Assembly (NCBI GenBank): GCA_017450205.1
Contig: JAFSVF010000028.1
Location: 1,588 to 65,587 of the forward strand
Reading direction: 5' to 3'
From: Bacilli bacterium
GTDB lineage: Bacteria; Bacillota_I; Bacilli_A; RF39; UBA660
DNA: 64,000 bases
The translations under genes and the position numbers were made by a program. The notes under the pieces are model-generated. The model was given only the letters and a program-made list of their open reading frames with translations. It ran no database searches and was not told the DNA's origin. This document shows, one piece after another, positions 56,074 to 63,229 of the stretch. Each line of letters starts with the position of its first letter. Position 1 is the first letter of the stretch.

Positions 56074-58038
56074 TTAAAGACTTAAACTTCCTAATAAATA
56101 TTTTTGAACTCTAAGTAAATCTTGAATATTTACAGTACCATCAGCATTAACATCACTTGCATAATATTCACTACCACCTAGATTAATTGAACCTAAAATA
56201 TGTTTTTGAATTCTTAATAAATCTTGAATATTTACAGTACCATCTGAATTAACATCGCCATGTATTGATAATTGATATGATGCTTGTCCACCGCTTACAG
56301 TACTAATAACTAAATTATATCCAGTCTTAACATTTGCATTATTATCAACTACTCTACCAGCTGAATCAGTAACACTTACTTTAGCATAAGGACTTACTCC
56401 ATTTGCACTACTAACTAAAGTTGAAACTAAAGTACCAACTGATAAATCATATATATTAGAATTATTAATTCTTACATTCATCTTAGAAACAATATCTTTA
56501 GGAGTTTTATCATCTGCTACTCTATGAATAATAATTGCATAAGTCTTTTGTGTACCTGCAGCAGAAGTAACTGTTAAATTAACAGTAGTAGTATCCTCTT
56601 TAATCTCTACTTCTCCACCACCACTTAAACTAGAATCAGGACTTGATAAAGCAGCACTTACGTTAACATGATTAACATTTTGTAATACATAATAATTATA
56701 ATTTGTAATATCTTCATCAAAACCATCAATAATCTTACCATCTACATATATTGCAGCAAGTAATGAGTTATTAGAAATAAGACTAGCTTGTACAGTTTGA
56801 ATTGGCATATTATTATAAACTGGAATTGTAAATGAGAATGCTTTATCCAACATACCATTATTAGCTAAAGCTTTCTTCATATCTAATCCTTCATCATATG
56901 GAGCAAGTATATTACCCATATATTGATTAGTATATTTAGAATAAACCGATTTAGGACTAGTATTAAACTTTTCATAATATAAAGTATCTTGTCCTTTATT
57001 AATATAACCGTTAGATATAAAACTAGCTCCACCCTTAATTGCAAGTTCTCTTGAAGTCCAAGGTCTTAAATGTGATGTATTAGAACCATTATAACCACCT
57101 GCAAAAGCTAAAGCAGATAACGCAGGATTAGATTCAGATGAATAAGCTCCAATACTATAATAATTATAAAAACCATATATATTATATGTATTACCTTTTT
57201 TAGTTGTATAAGTTGTTAATCCATTATTTGTAGCAGTACCACTAACCATAGTTGCATTTGGATTAGTTCCTACTTCTAATACAGATTTAGAAGCTAAATG
57301 CAATGCAGAAACTCCATATTGTCTTCCACCATCAATAAACCAATTTACATAATCTCCTTGTGATAAATAAGAACTACCAAATATACTTCTTACTGCATCT
57401 GGAGTATCAGTAGTTTCATCAAAGCTTAATGTTTGAAATTGAAACATTGCTTTTTCAATTAAGAAATTTCTTGGATCCATAAAATAAGCAGTTACTTTAG
57501 GATTTGTATAATACCAATTACTACCTTCAACTACATGATTATTTTTAGCATAAGCATTAATGTATTTATTTAAAAGATCAGTAGAATTAGCAGTTAATTG
57601 AATTTCATTCATATCACTTTCTTCATTAACAGCAGTATAAAAATCTAATCCAGTATTAGATGCTATAAATCTCCAATTAGGATGTATACTATGTAAATAT
57701 GAAAGATAAGGACAATAACTTTCAGGAAAACCTATTCCTTTTAAATAATTACAATATTCTGGATCATTTTTAGTTATTTTTGAATATTCAGCTACGTATT
57801 GACTAGAAACATAACCTACATTTTGTCCATCATAAATAACTTTCATCCATGTACCATCATTTTCTAAGATAGTTAAATTTGTTCCATATAAGACTTTACA
57901 AATACTAGAACCATTCTTAGAAGATCTAATAGTAACTAAATCTCCAATAATAAAACCAGTACTATTAGCATGTACTGTAAATGGAAATACTATAAAAGTA
58001 ATTAAAAACATAATTGTTAATAAAATACTTTTTCTCAT
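56074..58038 (-). CDS. Secreted SH3b - GH73 N-acetylglucosaminidase - cadherin-like - dockerin protein
   Basis: ATG 58038 (AGAAAGGTAG upstream) gives the signal peptide MRKSILLTIMFLITFIVFPFTVHA. SH3b-like region: VTIRSSKNGSSICKVLYGTNLTILENDGTWMKVIYDGQNVGYVSSQYV. Glucosaminidase core: YGVSALHLASKSVLEVG...YNYYSIGAY...TSRELAIKGGASFISNGYINKGQDTLYYEKFN. Cadherin-like module: LLAAIYVDGKII...TVNLTVTSAAGTQKTYAIIIHR. C-terminal duplicated dockerin segments: GDVNSDGTVNIQDLLRIQKHILGS and SDVNADGTVNIQDLLRVQKYLLGS. Confidence 0.7.
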   Translation of the reverse strand: MRKSILLTIMFLITFIVFPFTVHANSTGFIIGDLVTIRSSKNGSSICKVLYGTNLTILENDGTWMKVIYDGQNVGYVSSQYVAEYSKITKNDPEYCNYLKGIGFPESYCPYLSYLHSIHPNWRFIASNTGLDFYTAVNEESDMNEIQLTANSTDLLNKYINAYAKNNHVVEGSNWYYTNPKVTAYFMDPRNFLIEKAMFQFQTLSFDETTDTPDAVRSIFGSSYLSQGDYVNWFIDGGRQYGVSALHLASKSVLEVGTNPNATMVSGTATNNGLTTYTTKKGNTYNIYGFYNYYSIGAYSSESNPALSALAFAGGYNGSNTSHLRPWTSRELAIKGGASFISNGYINKGQDTLYYEKFNTSPKSVYSKYTNQYMGNILAPYDEGLDMKKALANNGMLDKAFSFTIPVYNNMPIQTVQASLISNNSLLAAIYVDGKIIDGFDEDITNYNYYVLQNVNHVNVSAALSSPDSSLSGGGEVEIKEDTTTVNLTVTSAAGTQKTYAIIIHRVADDKTPKDIVSKMNVRINNSNIYDLSVGTLVSTLVSSANGVSPYAKVSVTDSAGRVVDNNANVKTGYNLVISTVSGGQASYQLSIHGDVNSDGTVNIQDLLRIQKHILGSINLGGSEYYASDVNADGTVNIQDLLRVQKYLLGSLSL

Positions 58039-58127
58039 ATTAACTACCTTTCTATCTATTATATAATTATACCTAAATTTTATATAATAAGGAATTATTA
58101 CCAAAAAACTTTACATAAAAAGAGGCC

Positions 58128-59039
58128 TTAACGACCTCTTCTAAACTTATTAAAGAAATTATTAATTTTATTTCTTTTAGAAAGATTTAATAATTCATTA
58201 CTAATTGGATAATCATCATCATGTTCATAATAATCTGAATCATAATAATTAGTTAAACCTTCACTATTCTTAATTTGTTGAACTTCTAATGAATGAGCTA
58301 GTTCAATATCATCATTCTTAATAGCAATCTCTTTTTCTATTTGTAATAGTTCATTTCTCTTTTGAATAAATAAATGATAAAGAACTTCATTATAGTCATG
58401 ACAAAATCTTAACTTTTTATAATCTAAATCATTACCAAACCATTCAAGGTAATAATCAATGTTTTCTTCATCTAAATAAATAACATCTTCATAATCTAAT
58501 AAATATGGTTTATTAATTTCAGAATCATTTTCAACGCCATAAATCTTTTCAGAATTTAATTTTTCATTAACAAATCCTAAATTATTTTCTTTAGCATCAA
58601 GCCATAATCCACCTGATTCTCTTATTGTTTGATAGAAATCTAAAACATCATTATGAGTAGCTTTCTTCCCATTAGCAAGTTGAGATACATATAAAGATAC
58701 TTTTTCTCCTAAAGATTTTTCATATAAAGGATTTAATCTATAATCTTCATACTCAACATCTATTTTTTTACCAACCTTTAAACATGCATTACCAATTGCT
58801 AAACATGCATAACTTTGACCATATCCTAAATATATAATATCTTCATATTTTATATTTTGACCTTTAACAAGTCTATCAATTTCTTTTAGAATATCTGAAA
58901 TACTTTCATAATTTAATTCTAGTCTATTATTATAAAAATCATCTTTAAAGAATTTTATTAAATTATCTTCGTTGAAAATACCATATTTATTAACAATAAA
59001 TTTAAATAAAATAGTATTTTCTTCAATAAACTCACTCAT
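58128..59039 (-). CDS. Hypothetical protein with a possible atypical protein-kinase-like core
   Basis: 303 aa. By eye: Gly-rich loop LGYGQSYACL, then ACLKVGKK (VAIK-like Lys), LWLDAKENNLGF (DxKxxN catalytic-loop pattern as in HRDxKxxN, but no His) and LLDYEDV (possible DFG-equivalent Asp). It has an Asp/Tyr-rich basic C-terminus. This is a weak assignment. Confidence 0.35.
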   Translation of the reverse strand: MSEFIEENTILFKFIVNKYGIFNEDNLIKFFKDDFYNNRLELNYESISDILKEIDRLVKGQNIKYEDIIYLGYGQSYACLAIGNACLKVGKKIDVEYEDYRLNPLYEKSLGEKVSLYVSQLANGKKATHNDVLDFYQTIRESGGLWLDAKENNLGFVNEKLNSEKIYGVENDSEINKPYLLDYEDVIYLDEENIDYYLEWFGNDLDYKKLRFCHDYNEVLYHLFIQKRNELLQIEKEIAIKNDDIELAHSLEVQQIKNSEGLTNYYDSDYYEHDDDYPISNELLNLSKRNKINNFFNKFRRGR

Positions 59040-59042
59040 TTT

Positions 59043-59996
59043 TTAACCTTCTTCATCCATTAAATAAGAAAATATTAAATATGCTGTTTTTAAAGCATCA
59101 TGTCTTAAATAACCATCTTCTATTTTCCATGTTTTATCTTTAATTACTTTACAATGTAATTTCTTTAAATTTAATTCATCAATTTTAACTGGATCTTTTT
59201 GCTCAAGAGATGCATATTTTTTAACTATATAACTAGACATCTTTGAATCATTAGCTATAACTGCATCAATTGAATCTTTACCTAAATACTTTTGAATAAA
59301 TTTAATATGATCAGAAACTTTAAAGTTATCAGTCTCACCTGGTTGAGTAACTAAATTACATACATAAATTTTCTTTGCTTTAGCTTTATTTATTTCATCA
59401 CATATACCATCAACAAGTAAATTAGGTACTACACTAGTAAGAAGTGAACCAGAAGAAAATACAATTAAATCAGCATTATTAATAGCTTTTTTAATATCAC
59501 TAGATAAACTAATCTTTTTATTATATTTAACTCTAACTATTTTTCTAGAATCTTTAGTTAATTCTTCTTCTCCGACTATTTCTTTACCACTTTTAGTAAT
59601 ACCAACTAAATCAACATTTTCTTCAGTTATAGGTAAAACATTACCTTTAATATTTAACATCTTAGCCATTACTGGTACAGAATGTTTAAAGTCACCCTTC
59701 ATTTCTAAAAGAGATGTCATTATAAGATTTTTAATAGAATGAGTTTCTAACTCAGTTCCTTTTTCAAATCTATAATTCATAAGTTCTTTAATATCATCAT
59801 CTACATTAGACATAGAAAGTAAAACTTTAGTAATGTCTCCTACTGCTGGTATATTAAACTCATTTCTAAGTTTACCAGTACTTCTTCCATTATCCGCAAC
59901 TGTTACAACTGCAGTTACATCAATTGGGAATTCTTTTAATCCTTTAAGTAATTGTGAAAGGCCTGTACCCCCACCAAATATAACAACCTTTTTCAT
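59043..59996 (-). CDS. yvcK: YvcK/GlmR family protein (CofD-like, UPF0052)
   Basis: KVVIFGGGTGLSQLLKGLK, VTVADNGRSTG, GDITKVL and SGSLLTSVVPNL match YvcK. Confidence 0.85.
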   Translation of the reverse strand: MKKVVIFGGGTGLSQLLKGLKEFPIDVTAVVTVADNGRSTGKLRNEFNIPAVGDITKVLLSMSNVDDDIKELMNYRFEKGTELETHSIKNLIMTSLLEMKGDFKHSVPVMAKMLNIKGNVLPITEENVDLVGITKSGKEIVGEEELTKDSRKIVRVKYNKKISLSSDIKKAINNADLIVFSSGSLLTSVVPNLLVDGICDEINKAKAKKIYVCNLVTQPGETDNFKVSDHIKFIQKYLGKDSIDAVIANDSKMSSYIVKKYASLEQKDPVKIDELNLKKLHCKVIKDKTWKIEDGYLRHDALKTAYLIFSYLMDEEG

Positions 59997-60004
59997 ATTA
60001 CTAC

Positions 60005-60388
60005 CTAATTTAAATCACTTGAATCAAATGGATATGGACATAATTCTTCAACAGTAAATTCTTTTTCTTCTCCATCTCCATTAACACTTATAACCTTACA
60101 ATTCTTATTAAAAAATTCTAAAATTACTTGTCTACATGCAAAACAAGGAGTTCCAAATTCACCATTAGAAAGCATTACATAGATCTTATCAAAATCATTC
60201 TTTTTATAACCATGTGCAATCGCAGCTCCAATTGCATGTCTTTCTGCACAAATAGATGTACCATTTGCATTCTCTATATTAACACCTTCAAATGTATTAC
60301 CATCCTTCATTACAACAATCGCAGAAACTGGAAAATTATAATAAGGACTATATGAATTATTTAATAATTGTTTTAATCTATTATACAT
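60005..60388 (-). CDS. cdd: Cytidine deaminase
   Basis: 127 aa carrying the zinc ligand motifs CAERHAI and PCFACRQ. Confidence 0.9.
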   Translation of the reverse strand: MYNRLKQLLNNSYSPYYNFPVSAIVVMKDGNTFEGVNIENANGTSICAERHAIGAAIAHGYKKNDFDKIYVMLSNGEFGTPCFACRQVILEFFNKNCKVISVNGDGEEKEFTVEELCPYPFDSSDLN

Positions 60389-60461
60389 ATCATCACCATC
60401 CTTTATAATTATATCATAAAAGATTATTATATTTTCTATCTAAAAAAATATTATAGTAAAC

Positions 60462-60490
60462 AAAAAAGAAGGAACAGATATGTTCCTTCT
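60462..60490 (-). terminator. Intrinsic terminator after the aldehyde dehydrogenase gene
   Basis: 10-bp stem AGAAGGAACA (60467-60476) / TGTTCCTTCT (60481-60490) with loop GATA. Five U follow on the minus transcript. Confidence 0.8.
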
Positions 60491-60493
60491 AAA

Positions 60494-61930
60494 TTATTTT
60501 AAAACATTTTTTAAAATAACTGTTTTAGTTCTAGACATCTCATGAAGTGTAGTCATTATACCTTCATTACCAATTCCAGAATATTTCCAACCACCAAATG
60601 GTTGTTCAAAAGATCTAAAGAAACTTGCTCCATTAATTACGAATCCACCTGATTCACATTTTTCAGCAGCTTTGAATGCTTTATTCATATTATTTGTAAT
60701 AATACCACCACTTAAACCAAATTTAGATTGGTTAGCAATTTCTAATGCTTCTTCGATAGTATCAAATCCTATAACCGGGATTACTGGTCCAAAGATTTCC
60801 ATATCTTTAGCAACATTCATATCTTTAGTTACTCCATCTAAAATAGTAGGTTCAAAGAAAGCTCCGTTTCTTCTTCCACCTTTAACTATTCTAGCTCCTT
60901 CAGCAACAGTATCATTTACTTGTTTTTCAACTTCGATAGCTGCTGCTTCACTTATTAAGCATCCAATATCACTAGTTGGATCACTAGGCATTCCAACTTT
61001 AAGTGTGTCTATCTTTTCAGACATTTTCTTAATAAATTCATCTTTAATTGAATTTTCAACTAAGAATCTTTTAGATGCACAACATACTTGTCCAGTGTTA
61101 TAAAGTCTACCCCAGACAACTTCATTTACAGCTAAATCTAAATCTCCATCTGCACATATAATCATTGCATCATTACCACCTAATTCAAGTGATGAATGAG
61201 CACAATGATCAGCACATTTTTTAGCTGCATCAATACCTGCTTCAGTAGAACCTGTTAAAGTTACCATTGAAACTTTAGGGTTAGAAGTAAGTGCAGTACC
61301 AACTACACTTCCAGCACCGTGAACTACTTCAATCACACCGGCTGGAACACCAGCTTCAACTAATAATTCAACATATCTAGTTAGCGTTAAAGGATTAACA
61401 CTAGCAGGTTTTAAAATAACTGAATTACCCATTAATAATGCAGGTGGTATTTTATTTATAAAAATATCACTTGGGAAATTAAATGGGATTATAGCAACTA
61501 CAACTCCAAGAGGTTGTTGCATTGTATATTGAATAGTATTTTCTTGTCCAGCTTCAGTACCTCTAGGTACAACATTACCATAGTCATGTTTTACCTTTTC
61601 TACATAAGCAGGAACACCTATAGAAATATTACCAATTTCAGCAACAGCTTCTTTAATAGGTTTACCAGTTTCATCAGATAAAAGCTTTGCAAGTTCAGCA
61701 CTATTTTGTTCAACTAAGTCTTTAAATTTCATTAAACACTTACATCTTTCAAGTAGTGGTGTTGCTTCCCATTCCTTTTGAGCAGTATATGCTTCATCAA
61801 CTGCTTTATTAACGTCTTCAACAGTTAAACTAGGAACTGTATCAACTAAAGTATTAGTTGCAGGGTTCATTACTTGAATAACTTCACCATTCGAAGAATC
61901 AACCCAATTCTTACCAATTAAACTTTTCAT
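60494..61930 (-). CDS. NAD(P)+-dependent aldehyde dehydrogenase
   Basis: FNFP, the general-base region LELGGND, the catalytic Cys region GQVCCASKR and EIFGPV. ATG 61930 lies behind AGGAGTG. That Shine-Dalgarno overlaps the stop codon of the FIST gene. Confidence 0.9.
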   Translation of the reverse strand: MKSLIGKNWVDSSNGEVIQVMNPATNTLVDTVPSLTVEDVNKAVDEAYTAQKEWEATPLLERCKCLMKFKDLVEQNSAELAKLLSDETGKPIKEAVAEIGNISIGVPAYVEKVKHDYGNVVPRGTEAGQENTIQYTMQQPLGVVVAIIPFNFPSDIFINKIPPALLMGNSVILKPASVNPLTLTRYVELLVEAGVPAGVIEVVHGAGSVVGTALTSNPKVSMVTLTGSTEAGIDAAKKCADHCAHSSLELGGNDAMIICADGDLDLAVNEVVWGRLYNTGQVCCASKRFLVENSIKDEFIKKMSEKIDTLKVGMPSDPTSDIGCLISEAAAIEVEKQVNDTVAEGARIVKGGRRNGAFFEPTILDGVTKDMNVAKDMEIFGPVIPVIGFDTIEEALEIANQSKFGLSGGIITNNMNKAFKAAEKCESGGFVINGASFFRSFEQPFGGWKYSGIGNEGIMTTLHEMSRTKTVILKNVLK

Positions 61931-61941
61931 TAGATACACTC

Positions 61942-63105
61942 CTATTTCTTAAATCCAGTAAATGATAATGATAATCCACCAACAGTATTAGCTGAGTGTT
62001 CATTTATACCATACTCACCAAATGTAAATACCATTAGGAACTCTTTATCACCAGTTACTTTTTTAACAGCTGGATAAATTTCTTCTTCTTTACCCTTTAG
62101 TTGAAGTCCTAGTCTTCTTCCACCACAGTGTACTAAGAAGTAAGAATCTGCAGATCCACCAATCTTTTCATCAACTTCTTTGATTGTTTTTGGATTTGCT
62201 TGAACCATTTCATCTGGTTCCATGTGTAAATGAATAATAGCAGTATTAGTTTCCATATTGGCACCAATATTTAAACTACCATCATCATTTGCACCCATCG
62301 GATGACGAACAGCTGTAACTCTACCGATTGGATCTTTTACACCTAGTGGATCAAATATAGATGCAGCAAGCATGTTTCCACCCATTACTTCATCCTTTTT
62401 AAATCCAGTCCACTCGATATATTTATCAAGTGCAGGTACATGATCGATTTCAGCTAAGACTCTCTTACCATCAACCTTGGTAATAATTCCAGCTTGTTCA
62501 GTTTCAGTAAATTGACCTTTATAAATATTAGCCATTGGAGCATCAGTTGCAAATAATGCAATTGCACATCCATCACTAAATATCTTATCATCACATATGA
62601 TAGACCATTTACCTTCAACAGTGTTATCAGCAGCAGAACCACCAAACACTGGTACTTCCCCTATTACATCTTGAATACCTAAAATGTATTCCTCTTCTTC
62701 TGCTGGCGAAGCTGTCATGAAGAAATAATCTGGTCTTCTAACACTTAATTGTTTCATTGCTTCTTTAGCAATACGACGACCTATCTCTCTCGCAGTTTCA
62801 TTTTCAGTTTTTTCACTTCCGGCAACGCCTACTTCTAAATCGCCACCAAAGGACATAATTCCTGAATAACCAGTTTCAGCATTAAAATATCCATCTTTAG
62901 TACAAATAGCTGCACTTGAAGTACATCCAAGTACATGAGCATCACTAATACTTCTAATACCTTCAACTATTTTTGCTTGATCGTTGACTACAGAAGTAAA
63001 TAGTAAACCTACTTTTGCCTTTTCTAGATTGGCCATTTTTGCTGATTCAGATCCTGATGTAAATGAATCACTATTTTGGCTATAACCAACTTTAGTATTT
63101 AACAC
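61942..63105 (-). CDS. Stand-alone FIST-domain protein (FIST_N + FIST_C)
   Basis: About 390 aa. Layout and motifs (VGYSQ... near the N-terminus, GCTSSAAIC, VFGGSAADN, FTFGEYG near the C-terminus) recall FIST N/C domain proteins. The AGGAGG Shine-Dalgarno directly abuts ATG 63114, so GTG 63105 (9-nt spacing) is the more likely start. Confidence 0.6.
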   Translation of the reverse strand: MLNTKVGYSQNSDSFTSGSESAKMANLEKAKVGLLFTSVVNDQAKIVEGIRSISDAHVLGCTSSAAICTKDGYFNAETGYSGIMSFGGDLEVGVAGSEKTENETAREIGRRIAKEAMKQLSVRRPDYFFMTASPAEEEEYILGIQDVIGEVPVFGGSAADNTVEGKWSIICDDKIFSDGCAIALFATDAPMANIYKGQFTETEQAGIITKVDGKRVLAEIDHVPALDKYIEWTGFKKDEVMGGNMLAASIFDPLGVKDPIGRVTAVRHPMGANDDGSLNIGANMETNTAIIHLHMEPDEMVQANPKTIKEVDEKIGGSADSYFLVHCGGRRLGLQLKGKEEEIYPAVKKVTGDKEFLMVFTFGEYGINEHSANTVGGLSLSFTGFKK

Positions 63106-63131
63106 TACAATCATCCTCCTTTGTTAAATAT

Positions 63132-63191
63132 TAGGGTGTTTCAATCATCACACCCTACTTAAATTATAATTTTGTAAACAAATTAAAACAA
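63132..63191 (-). promoter_or_regulatory. Putative promoter and 5'-terminal stem-loop of the FIST-ALDH operon
   Basis: On the minus strand: TTGTTT (63186-63191), a 17-nt spacer, then TATAAT (63163-63168). About 6 nt further on is the hairpin TAGGGTG-N12-CACCCTA (63132-63157). It is followed by 11 nt and the AGGAGG Shine-Dalgarno. Confidence 0.4.
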
Positions 63192-63229
63192 TATAGTTAT
63201 AAACAAAAAAAGTACCTTTACAGTACTTT

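Noticed and set aside
60672-61103. The track contains a 143-aa plus-strand ORF antisense to the aldehyde dehydrogenase gene. Similar antisense or alternative-frame ORFs are 2562-2750, 15695-15877, 20707-20925, 21625-21825, 22883-23107, 23222-23536, 24603-24806, 26654-26971, 26772-27014, 30034-30225, 31721-31951, 32743-32961, 33782-34126, 35037-35219, 40931-41152, 50379-50654, 53672-53950, 54639-54863, 55373-55558, 59833-60057, 60128-60355 and 62454-62645.
   Set aside because: Each lies entirely inside a longer ORF with clear family motifs. Their products are low-complexity Ser/Leu/Ile/Phe-rich strings, as expected from reading AT-rich coding DNA in the wrong frame. None has a Shine-Dalgarno sequence.
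60494-63114. The FIST/ALDH block looks visibly richer in G+C than neighbouring hypothetical genes. This could suggest a horizontally acquired island.
   Set aside because: Spot counts of individual 60-nt lines show similar enrichment in other conserved enzyme genes such as valS. The very low values belong to membrane and orphan genes. The difference tracks protein conservation, not a block boundary. No mobility genes or flanking repeats are present.
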